Shown: one piece after another, positions 23,870 to 35,677 of the stretch
Layout of the letters: each line of letters opens with the position of its first letter
Position numbering within the stretch: position 1 is the first letter of the stretch
Source: Mobula hypostoma
Lineage: Eukaryota
Direction of reading: 5' to 3'
NCBI RefSeq assembly: GCF_963921235.1
Contig: NC_086097.1
Coordinates: 1,612,001-1,676,000, forward strand
DNA: 64,000 bases
The notes under the pieces: model-generated
Told to the model about the DNA's origin: nothing
The model's database searches: none
The model's input: only the letters and a program-made list of their open reading frames with translations
Program-made: the position numbers and the translations under genes

Positions 23870-26800
23870 TGATGTTTCACTTGGAGTATTGTGAGCAGGT
23901 TTGGGCACCTTATCTTGAAAAGGATGTACTGAAACCAGAGAGGGTTGAAAGGAGATTCATGAAAATGATTCCAGGATTGAATGGCTTGTCATATGAAGAG
24001 CGTCTGATGGCTCTGGACCTGTATTCACTGGGATTCAGAATGAGATGTGACCTCATTGAAAACTTTCGAATGGTGAAAGGCCTTGACAGAGTGGATATGA
24101 AGAGGATATTTGCTATGGTGGGAGAGTCTAAGACCAGAGGACCCAGCCTCAGAATAGAGGGGCATTCTTTTAGAACGGAGATGAGGAGGAATTTCTTTAT
24201 CCAGAGAGTGGTAAGCCTGTGGAATTCTTTGTCACAGGCAGCTGTGGAGGCCAAGCCTTCATGTATATTTAAGGCAGAAGTTGATAGATTCTTGATCGGT
24301 CAGAGTATGAAGGGATATGGGGTGTAGGTAGGAGACTGGGTCTGAGAGGAAAATTGGATCACTCACGATGAAATGGTGGAGCAGACTCGACAGGCCAAAC
24401 GGCCTAATTCTGCTCCTATATCTCCTGGTCTCATGCTGCAGGAGCTCAGGGATTGGGGGAGCGTCTGTGGAGGCAGAGAGATGGTCGATGGTAAGGTTAA
24501 GAAGGTTAAAAAAAACATAGAAAATAGGTGCAGGAGTAGGCCATTCGGCCCTTCGAGCCTGCACCGCCAATTATTATGATCATGGCTGATCATCCAACTC
24601 AGAACCCAGCCTTCCCTCCATACCCCCTGACCCCTGTAGCCACAAGGGCCATATCTAACTTCCTTTTAAACATAGCTAATGAACTGGCCTCAACAGTTTG
24701 CTGTGGCAGAGAATTCCACAGATTCACCACTCTCTGTGTGAAGAAGTTTTTCCTAACCTCGGTCCTAAAAGGCTTCCCCTCTATCCTCAAACTGTGACCC
24801 CTCGTTCTAGACCTCCCCAACATCGGGAACAATCTTCCCGCATCTAGCCTGTCCAATCCCTTTAGGATCTTATACGTTTCAATCAGATCCCCCCTCAATC
24901 TTCTAAATTCCAATGAGTACAAGCCCAGCTCATCCAGTCTTTCTTCATATGAAAGACCTGCCATCCCAGGAATCAATCTGGTGAACCTTCTTTGTACTCC
25001 CTCTATGGCAAGGATGTCTTTCCTCAGATTAGGGGACCAAAACTGCACACAATACTCCATACTGTTCAGATCACAAACTTATAAAGTCATGGAAAAGGGC
25101 CCTTCAGCCCAACAGATCCATACTGACCAACATATCTATGGGAGCTTGTCCCATTTGGTCCATGGCCTCCAAACCTTTCTTATCCACCTACCGGTCCAAG
25201 TGTTTTTTTAAAATATTGTGAACAGTATCCGCCTCTACCACTTCCAACTTCAAACCCACCCGCTATATGTGAAAAACTCAGATCAGTTTTAACTCTTACA
25301 TTCATTCCGTTCAGTGTTCTCTGTGCATGAACCTGCTCAGTCCATACCAGTACACTGACCCAACAATCCCTCTACTACTGGCTGAAGCCTCCCACGTGGC
25401 ACTTTGTCAAAGGTCTCCCAAATGTCCTAACATACCTTGGTGACTCACTTCCACCTCAACTGCTTCAGCATGCAAAGTTGCAACACATTTATCCAATATC
25501 ATTCCCTTTTACAAATCTACCATGTCTTTGGTCGTACAGCAGAAAACCAGGCTCTCTTCACACCCACCCCATGTAGACTAATTCCAGTTCTCAGCACAGT
25601 ACACAGCCTTCTGTCAGTTGGCAATTTGTGTTGGTTGAAATACAAAACTTCTTCCATTCATCAGCCTGCCCAGTGTTTGTTTGGGCACAGACAGCAATCA
25701 CAAGACCATAAAACATGGGAGCTGATGGGCCATTTGGACCATCGTGGCTGATTTATTCTCACCCTCAACCCATTCGCATCCTTTCTCCACATGACTATCG
25801 ATGCCCTGACTAACCAAGAAAATATCAATGTCCACTTTAAACATATTCAATGACTTACACTTCATTCTAAAAGGACATTCTTCTATTTTGAGGCTGTGCT
25901 TTCTGGTCCTAGACTCCCACATAAGACCATAAGACCATAAGACAAAGGAGCAGAAGTTGGCCATTCGGCCCATCAAGTCTGTTCCACCATTTTATCATGA
26001 GCTGATCCATTCTCCCATTTAGTCCCACTCCCCCACCTTCTCACCATAACCTTTGATGCCCTGGCTACTCAGATACCTATCAATCTCTGCCTTAACTACA
26101 CCCAATGACTTGGCTTCCACTGCTGCCCATGGCAATAAATTCCAGAGATTCACCACCCACTGACTAAAAAAATTTCTTCGCATTTCTGTTCTGAGTAGGT
26201 GCCCTTTAATCCTTAAGTCATGCCCTCTCGTACTAGACTCCCCCACCATGGGAAACAACTTTGCCACATCCACTCTGTCCATCCCTTTCAACATTCATAA
26301 TGTTTCTATGAGGTCTCCCCTCATTCTTCTAAACTCCAAGGAATACAGTCCAAGAGCGGACAAACGTTCCTCATATGTTAACCCTCTCATTCCCGGAATC
26401 ATTCTAGTGAATCTTCTCTGTACCCTCTCCAACGTCAGCACATCCTTTCTTAAATAAGGAGACCAAAACTGCCCACAGTACTCCAAGTGAGGTCTCACCA
26501 GCGCCTTATAGAGCCTCAACATCACATCCCTGCTCCTAATCTCTATTCCTCTAGAAATGAATGCCAACATTGCATTCGCCTTCTTCATCACTGACACGAC
26601 TTGGAGGTTAACCTTAAGGATATCCTGCACGAGGACTCCCAAGTCCCTTTGCATCTCAGAACTTTGAATTCTCTCCCCATTTAAATAATAGTCTGCCCGT
26701 TTATTCCTTCTGCCAAAATGCATAACCATACACTTTCCAACATTGTATTTCATTTGTCACTTCTTTGCCCATTCTCCCAATCTATTCAAGTCCCTCTGCA

Positions 26801-27550
26801 GACTCTCTGTGCCCTCAGCACTACCGGCCCCTCCACCTATCTTCGTATCATCAGCAAACTTAGCCACAAAGCCATCTATTCCATAATCCAAATCGTTGAT
26901 GTACAATGTAAAAAGAAGCGGCCCCAACACAGATCCCTGTGGAACACCACTGGTAACCGGCAGCCAACCAGAATAGGATCCCTTTATTCCCACTCTCTGT
27001 TTCCTGCCAATCAGCCAGCGCTCTATCCACGTATGTAACTTTCCGGTAATTCCATGGGCTCCTATCTTGTTAAGTAGCCTCATGTGTGGCACCTTGTCAA
27101 ACGCCTTCTGAAAATCCAAATATACAACATCCACTACATCTCCCTTGTCTAGCCTACTTGTAATAGGAAACATCTTCTCCATGTCCACTCTATCTAGGGC
27201 TTTCAAGATTCAATAGATTTCAATGCGAACCCACCCCCCCACCGCCTCATTCTTCTAAACTCCAGTCAGTATATCAAATGCTGCTCATATGTTAATCCTT
27301 TCATTTCTGGGATAATTCTCATGGGCCTCCTCTGGACACTCTCCAATGCCAGCACATCCTTTCTTCGATACAGGTCCAAAATCTGCTCAGGACACTCGCA
27401 GTGCAGTCTGTCCAATGCATTATAAATCTTCAGCATTACATACTTGCTTTTACTATATTGTAGTTCTCTTCAAATGAATGCTAACGTTACATTTGCCTTC
27501 CTTTCCACCGACTCAAATTGCAAGTTAACCTTTAGGGAATCCTGCATGAG
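23870..27550. mobile_element. CR1 fragments: ~23870-24435 (+), ~24512-25040 (-), and ~25920-27165 (-) nested in an older copy (~25700-27550, -)
   Basis: [51 protein letters not shown] motifs. Confidence 0.85.
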
Positions 27551-27954
27551 CACTCCTTTGCCACCACCCTCTGCTTCTTGTCACGTTACACTTGAATCCG
27601 GTTTGGCAGCCTGCCCTGGAAGCCATGGGGCCTGTGTTGCTGGACAGATCTCACTGAAGCCCACATGAACCACATCATCCACACAGCCCTCATCAATATC
27701 TCCTGTTACTTATTGAAACGCCAGACTGCATCTCCCAGTAATGTAGCATTGACAATCCCTCATCAACTCTGAGCAGAATTATTTCCTTAACACCACCTCT
27801 CTGAGAGCTGACACAGATAGAGTTAATGGATTAATTCCTGCTGATGTCATAGAACCTAGACAGGACCTTCAGGCCACACTGTTGTACTGACCTGTACAAA
27901 CTTACTCCACAATCAAACAGACCTTACTGTCCTGCACAACCCAAACACCCTTTT

Positions 27955-28465
27955 CCTTCCATCCGTATCCCCGCAGTCCGTCCGTCTGTTGGTCCGTCCG
28001 TATCCCCCCAGTCCGTCCATATACCCCTCGTCCGTCCATATCCCCCCAGTCTGTCCGTATCCCCCCCAGTCCGTCCGTCTGTCGGTCTGTCCGTACCCTC
28101 CCAGTCCGTCCGTATACCCGTCGTCCGTCCGTATCCCCCCAGTCTGTCCGTATCCCCCCCAGTCCGTCCGTCCGTTGGTCCGTCCATATCCCCTCAGTCC
28201 ATCCGTATCCCCCAGTCTGTCTGTAACCCCCCCAGTCCGTGCATATCCCACCAGTCCATGCGTATCCCCCCCAGTCTGTCCGTAACCCCACTAGTCCATC
28301 CGTATCCCCCCCTCGTCTGTCTGTATCCCCCCAGTCCGTCCGTATCCCCCACAGTCTGTCCGTATCCCCCCAGTCTGTCCGTAACCCCTCCAGTCCATCC
28401 GTATCCCCCCCAGCCTGTCCGTCCGTATCCCCCAGTCCATCCGTATTCTGCTCAGTCCATCCATA
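27955..28465. repeat. Minisatellite, ~19-21-bp unit CCCCCAGTCCGTCCGTAT
   Basis: Direct inspection; built on (CCGT)n. Confidence 0.9.
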
Positions 28466-31400
28466 CTTTCTCAGTGTATCCTTATCCCTGTTGTATATGG
28501 ACCATATTTGGGACTGGGAGGTCCAGCAGACAAAGTGGCCCTTTCGTCAACTATCTCCGTATTGACCTGGGATCAGTGGTTGTCGGACATGGTTGGGGGT
28601 GGGGGAGAATATCCGTGTAGTTCTGAGAACTGGAGCAGGAGTCGGTCATCAGTCCCATCGAGCCTGCTCCACCGTTCAGTAAGATCATGGCTGACCTGGC
28701 AGTGGGCTCAGCTCCATCGACCTGCCTTTCCCCAGAACCTCCTTCTCGGTAGCTCAGGTATGAGGAGTGTGAGTGTTGGTGTCAGAGTCCTACGGAAGCT
28801 GGGAGAGAGAGGATGGAATGAGCACATTCAAGTAAGGCTGGTCTTTTTGGGTTATGCAGGTGCAGAGAACCTGGGCATCAGAGGTCAAAGCTCCGTTGCA
28901 AATAAAAGGATGGTAGGGTCAAGTGGAGTGGCCACTGTTTAAATGAGCCAGTGATAGAGTGTGGAGGCTTCAGGGTGAACAGAAAAAAACAGTTAAGAAG
29001 AGGTTGGTCTTGTTCTTCTTTGGTACAGAGTAGTCGGGATGGAAAGCTTCTCCTGTCAGATGTGGGAATTCAGGAATCCTGACCGTTTCCCTGATGACGA
29101 CATCTATGGGAGGTGCAGCCACTCGGTGCCTGACTGATCAGGTCAAGGAATTGGAGCTGGACTTGGATGGACTCCAGATCATAGTATAGATGAGAATTTT
29201 GAAGAGGTGGTCACACCCAGAGTACAGGCTTCAGTCAGTAGACCGATGAGAGGTAAGGAGTTTAAGAAGTCAGTACAAGGTTCGCCTGTGGCCAGTCTAC
29301 CTGTTTGGATACCGCGGGGCGATGACCTGTCAGGTGACGGCAGTGGCAGTCAGGCTGGTGGCAGTCTGGCTGGCTCTGAGGCTGGACAGGGAAGGTCAGA
29401 CAGTGTGGTAAGTATAGGGAGCTCACTAGTCACGCGCACGGAAAGGAGATTCTGTGGCCACAAGAGGGACACCTGGTTTGTTGTTGCCTCCTTGGTGCTG
29501 GGGTCCAGGATGTATGAGAGCAGCTGCCGGATATTCTCAAGGGGGAGGCAACAACCGGAGGTCATGTTCATATGGGCACCAAGGACAGGTAGAGAAGGGG
29601 CAGAGGTCCTAGGCAGTGAGTATATAGAGCTAGGAAAGAGGATGCAGAAGGACCTCCAAGGTTGTAATCTCCGGATTATTCCCTGTGCCAGCTGGGAATG
29701 GGTTGATAACATGGATGAGTGAGAGGCTGCAGGGGACAGGATCATTGGAACCTCTTCTGGGGAAGGGGGGACCAGTACGAGAGGGACGGGTTGCCCCTGT
29801 GCTGGAAGGGAACCAATACCCTAGCTGGGAGGTTTGATGATGGTACTCGGGAGAATTTAAATTAGATTTGCAAAGGGTTGGGAACTGGAGCCTCAGGTCA
29901 GTAAGGGAAGGATCAGACCAGAAAGTCGATGTCAGGGAAAGTGTTGAAAAGCCAAACTGAAACAACAGGTATGATAGTTTGAAGTGCATGCATTTTAATG
30001 CTACAGGTATTATGGGTAAGGGTGATGAACTTAGAGAATGGATCAGCTGGTGGTACTACAATTTTGTAGCTATTAGTGAAACTTGCTTGAGAAAGAGACA
30101 GGAATGGGTGATTACTGTACCAAGTTTTGGAAGTTTTTGAAAAGATAGAGGAGCAGGTAAAAAGACGGAGGGGAGTGACACTACTAATCAGGGACAATAT
30201 CACAACTGCACTCAGGGGAGACATAATGGAGGGGTCAGACACGGAGTCCATTTGGGTGGAACTCAGGAATAGGAAGGGTGCAATCACACTGGTGCGATTG
30301 TACTGCAGACCCCCAATAGCCTACGGGACATCGAGGAACAGAAATATAATCAGATTAAGGAAAAGTGTGAAAATAGCAGGGTTATTCTCATGGGGATTTC
30401 AACTTCCCTAAAATAAACTGGGCCTTCTTATTTCTTAGCAAGGGGTTTAGATGGGGCAGAATTTGTTAAGTGTATCCAGGAAGGTTTCTTAAATCAATAT
30501 GTGGATGGTGGTGTTGGGTAATGAGCCTGGCCAGAGGTGACTGACCTTTCAGTGGGTGAGCAGTTAGGCAACGGTGATCTCAACTCCTTAACTTTCTGGG
30601 TAGCGATAGATAAGAACAGGTATGGTCTTTGTGGGAGAGGTTTAAACTGGAGTAGGGCAAATTACGAGAGTATTAGGCAGGGACTAAGAGGCATTAATTG
30701 GGAAAACCTCTTCTCTGACAAGTCCACATCAGACAAGTGGAGGGTGTTCAAAGATCAATTGCGCCGAATACAGGAAAGGTGTGTTCCTGTTAGAAGGAAG
30801 ACAGGAATGGAAAGATAAGAAAACTTTGGATGTCTAGAGAGGTGATGAATTTAGTCAAGAAGAAAAAGTAAAGCCTCAGAAGTTAGGATCAAGCAGAACC
30901 ACGAGGAGTATAAAGAAGGTAGAAGAGAACTAAAGGGAAGTAGGAAAGCCAGGCAGGGCCAGGAAAAGTCCTTGGCAAGTCGGATTAAGATGAATCCCAA
31001 GGCATTCTATCTCAAGAGCAAGAGGATAACTATGGAAAGGGATAAAGGGGGGAGCATTTCTTTGGATGCAGAGAATGTGAGTGAGGTACTTAGTGAGTAC
31101 TTTGCTTCAGTATTTACTAAGAAAAAGGATGTGGAGGATCAGAAGATCAGTGCTGAGTCAGGGCATTTAGAGGTCAAGAAGGACAAAGTGTTGGGGCTGC
31201 TAAGGAGTATTAAGTTGGATAAGTCCCCAGACCCCGATGGGATTTACCCTGAGTTATTGAGGGTGGCAAGAGACGAGATTGCTGGGGCCTTGGCCAGTAC
31301 CCCCATGTCCTCTCTAGGCACAGGCGAGGTCCCGGAGTACTTGTGAGCGGCTAATATTGTACCTTTATTTAAGAAGGGAACAAGAGGAAATCCTGGGAAC

Positions 31401-31865
31401 TACAGACCAGTGAGTCTCACATCAGCTGTAGAGAAATTGCTGGAGAAAATTCTGGGGGTGGGATATCGGAGCATTTGGAAACCCAGTGTCTAATTAGGGA
31501 GAGGCAGCATGGCTTTGTGAATGGCAGGCCGTGCTTTACCAACTTGTTTGAGTATTTTGACGAGATTGATGAGGGTAGGACAGTGAATGTTGTCTCCGTG
31601 GATTTGAATAAGATATTTGACAAAGTCTCTCATGGGAGACTAATAATCCAGAAGATTAAGATGCACGGGACCTGTGGCGAATTGGCTGTTTGTATTCAGA
31701 ACTGGCTGGCACATAGAAGATAGAAGGTAGTGGTTGAAAGGATTTAGTTGAGCTAGGGGTCTGTAATTAGTGGTGTTCCACAAAGGTCTGGGCTATGATC
31801 TCTGTTATTTCTAATGTATATAGATGACCTGGATACAATGTAGAGTTGTGGGCTGTTAGTAAATT

Positions 31866-32480
31866 TAGATTATTAGATTATGAGGACACGCGGTCCTCTT
31901 TTATTGTCATTTAGTAATGCATGGATTAAGAATTGATACAATATTCCTCCGGTGTGAGATCACAAAAACACAGGACAGACCAAGACTGAAAGACTAACAA
32001 AAACACATAATTATAACATATAGTTACAACAGTGCAACAATACCATAACTTGATGAAGAACAGGCCATGGCACAGTAAAAAAGTTCAAAGCCTCTCAAAT
32101 GTCCCACATCTCACGCAGACAGGAGAAGGAACAAAACTCTCCCTGCCATGCCCGACCATAGTCCGACTCTGAGTCGTCCAAAAACTTCGAGCTCCGATCA
32201 GCTCTCCGACACCAAGTACCGAGCACCATCTCTGTCTGATCGACTCGACCTTAGCCTCGGTCGCCAGCAGCAGGCAAAGTCGGGGATTTTGGTCCGGAAG
32301 ATTCTCGATCGCACAGTAACAGCGGCAGCAAACCGGCGTTTCAGAAATTTCTCCAGATGTTCCTTTGTGCTTTCACGTCTGTCTCCATCAAATCAGAATT
32401 GTCCACGGCCCCTATTTAACAGATACGATATCATTTCACTGGAGAGCTGCGCACGCTGTGTCACGTTGCCATCTCCTCCC
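31866..32480 (-). mobile_element. Non-autonomous retroposon (3' end ATGACAATAAAAGAGGAC...TAATCT); second, oppositely oriented copy at ~33190-33625
   Basis: Two copies share the 3' sequence, each interrupts a LINE, and neither has an ORF. Confidence 0.65.
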
Positions 32481-32732
32481 GATATCTATGAATTTGCAGA
32501 TGATACCAAGATTGTGGAGTTGGGGATAGTGTAGAAGACTGGCAAAGCATGGGAAGGGCTGACAAATGGCAGATGGAATTTAACCCAGATAAATGTGAGG
32601 CGTTCCACCTTGGCAGGGCAAATGCAAGGAGACAGTACACTGTTAAGGGCAAGATTTTTACAGGTTGCTGAGCAGAGAGACCGTAGGGTCCAACTTCATA
32701 GCTCCTTGAAAGGGGGTACACAGGCCCATAAA

Positions 32733-32918
32733 AAACAAGAGGAAATCTGCATATTGTGGAAATCCAAGCCACACACACAAAATGCTGGAGGAACACAGCA
32801 GGCCAGGCAGCATTTATGGAAAAGAGTAGAGTCGATGTTTTGGCCCGAAACCTCGACTGTACGCTTTTCCATAGATGCTGCCTGGGCTGCTGAGTTCCTC
32901 CAGTATTTTGTGTGTGTT
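32733..32918. mobile_element. Hairpin element built from inverted Penelope-like termini; related copies at ~39749-39877 and ~51066-51240
   Basis: ACACACAAAATGCTGGAGGAACACAGCAGGCCAGGCAGCAT followed by its approximate reverse complement. The copy at 39749 has a 16-bp TSD AGGAAAATAYGCTAGG (39733-39748, 39878-39893). Confidence 0.75.
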
Positions 32919-32991
32919 TCACAGGTCGATAAGGTGGTTACAAAGGCTTATGGAATACTTGCTTTTATTAGTCGTGACACGGAGTTCAAAA

Positions 32992-34245
32992 GAATCACAA
33001 TCAGATTTAATATCACCAGCAGATGTCGTGAAATTTGTTAACTTCACTGCAGCAGTACAATGAAATACATGATAAATAAATATAGAGAAAAAACCCGAGT
33101 TGTGTTAAGTGTATATATGTCTATTAAATAGTTAAGTTACAATAGGTAGTGCAAAGTAACAGAAATTTAAAAAGTAACGAGGTAATGTCTAGGGGAGAGG
33201 TCGAAGGCGCTCGGCAGACTGTATCGGAGGGGCTGGTCGGAAGCTCATAGTTTTCAGATGGATGGACTCAGTGTCGGCTGTGGTCGGCTGCTTCCAAGGC
33301 ATCGGCAAGTTGACAGTGCCTGGAGGTTTATGGCAGGGAGTTTCTCCCTTTTGCCGCCTGCTATCGGGGACTCGGGAGTCAATCGACTCGGAGACTTTGT
33401 GACTTTTTTTTACTGTGCCCATGGTTTGTTCATCATCAAATTATAGTATTGCTTTGCACTGCTGTAACTATATGTTATAATTATGTGGTTCTGTCAGTGT
33501 TAGTCTTTGGTTTGTCCTGTTTTCTGTGATATCACTCTGGAGAAACATTGTATCATTTCTTAATGCATGTATGCATTTCTAAATGACAATAAAAGAGGAC
33601 TGAGTGTTCTCATAATCTAAATCTAAATGTTCATGTTTTCAATGTCCATCTAGGAATCGGATTGCAGAGATGTGGGACAAAGCTGTCCCTGCATTGCTGA
33701 GTGTGTTCCTTTGGGCTTCCCTACCTCCTGCCTGATGGTAGAAGTGTGAAGAGGCATGCCCTGGGTGGTGGGGATCCTGAACGATGGGCGCCTCCTTCCT
33801 AAGGCACTGCTGCTTGAAGATGTCTTGGATACTACAGAAGCTGGTACCCATGATGGAGCTGACTAATTTCACAAGTTTCTACACCTATTTCAATCTTGTG
33901 CAATAGGCCCATCCATATCAGATGGTAATGCAGCCAGTCATAATGCTCTCTGTGGTGCATTTATAGAAGCTTTCGAGTGTTTTAGTCAACAAACCAAATC
34001 TCAAACTTCTAATGAAATATAGCCGCTGTCTTGCCTTCTTTATAGCTGCAACAATATGTTGCGTCCAGGTTAGATCCTCAGAGATCTTGGCACTCAGGAA
34101 CTTGAAACTGCTCAGTCTCTCTACTTCTGATCCCTCTATGAGGATTGGTTTGTGTTCCCTTGTCTCACCCTTCCTGAAGTCCACAATCAACACTTTCATG
34201 TTATTGACATTGAGAGCAAGGTTGTTGCTGTAACGCCATTCAACT
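32992..34245 (-). mobile_element. Older Rex1/Babar-like LINE 3' fragment
   Basis: VDFRK...EVERLSSFKFLS..ISEDLTW...KKARQRLYFIRSLR. Confidence 0.8.
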
Positions 34246-35677
34246 AAAGTCAGGAGATTATGTTGCAGTTTAATAGAACTCTGCGTAGTTCTGTTGCCCG
34301 ACTATAGGCAGGATGTTGAGGGTTTGGAGAGGGTGCAAAAGATGTTTGCCAGATTGCTACCCAGTTTAGAGGGTATAGGTTATCTCGAGAGGATGGATAA
34401 ACCTGGGTTGTTTTCTCCGGAGTGTCGGAGGCTGAGGGGAGATCAGTTGGAGGTTTACGAGGTTGTGAATGGACAGAGAGCATCTTGAGATGTCTAATAC
34501 CAGAGGGCATGCATTGAAGGTGGGAAAGTTAGGCTCAGGGGAATGTGAGGGGTAAGTTTTTTACTCAGAGAGTGCTGAATGCCTGGAATGCCTGGCCTGG
34601 TACGTGATAGAGGCAAATACATCGGAGGCTTTTTAGAAACATTTGGATAGGCACATGGATGTGAGGAAGATGGAGGGACATGGACATTGTGTAGGTAGGA
34701 GGAACTAGTGCTTGGGTGCTTTTGCGCAACATTGTAGGCCGAAGGGCCTATTCCTGTGCTGTACTGTTCTGTGTTCCATGTGACCCTTAATTTCTCAGTA
34801 TGCAAAAACATCCGTTTAATGAGGTATCCTCTCCTGCTTCCCCGGTCAGAGAATTCCACAGATTCACTGCAGGACTGGTGATGGTGAGAGAAAGGGGTGG
34901 GTGGCTGTTGGAGAGAGGGGAGAGGGGAGAGGAGATGTGGGGAGAAGGAATGTGGGTGAGGCAAATAGAGAGGGAGGGGTGGAGAGGTGATGTGATGACA
35001 GATGTTTAGGGGAGAGTTGATGCAGGGTGTGGGAGGTAGGGAGTGTGGAGAAGGGACGTGGGGAAGGAGACAGAGATGTGGAGATGTGGGAGTGGGAAGA
35101 GGGAGAGTAATTTGGGGAGAGGGAGGTGGCCTGGGATTCTGGCTCCACAAGCTGGTGTTTGAACAAATGTAAGCAAAGAGTCTGGCTATAAAAGGGTTAA
35201 TTGTGTGAGTCAGCTGGGGCTGCAGGGGTGGGGAGAATTTCTAGACTTTCTCACGGATAAATCAACCCAGTTCACACCACTTCCGATCAGATATGTCAGC
35301 AGGTAACAGCTTGGTTAACTTACTGGATCTGGTGATGCAACGGTTAAGCTATCAAACCAGTGGTATAACCGTTAAACGACTGTGCTAATGACACAACAGT
35401 TCACTTAACGAACTAGTGACGCAGTGGTTAAGTTACTGAACTAGTCACAGAGCGGTCTGGCAACCCGGTGGTTAACTACTGGCCATAGATGGAGTTACAG
35501 TCAGAAATAGGTCCCTTGACAGATGTCAGCTCCACAGTCCTGCCCCGTGCAGCCAGGAATGGTGGGCAGAATGAAACAGCTCGGGGGCTGGGGGTGGGGG
35601 TGGGGGGGAGCTCCACAATATCCCCAAGAGGCCACTTTATTAGGTACCCCTGTTTACAAATATCTAAACAGCCAAAT

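Larger units (their letters stand above)
28750..34780 (+). mobile_element. Near-full-length decayed CR1-type LINE (ORF1 esterase remnant, APE, RT, 3' end) with several nested inserts
   Basis: VSIGSSLV...RRFCG (esterase remnant), ESIWVELRNRKG (APE), KSPDPDGIYP, QHGFVNGR, EFADDTK; the 3' end resumes at ~34245. Confidence 0.8.

Noticed and set aside
27902..28620. G/T/D- or P/S/V-rich ORFs
   Set aside because: Translations of a minisatellite.
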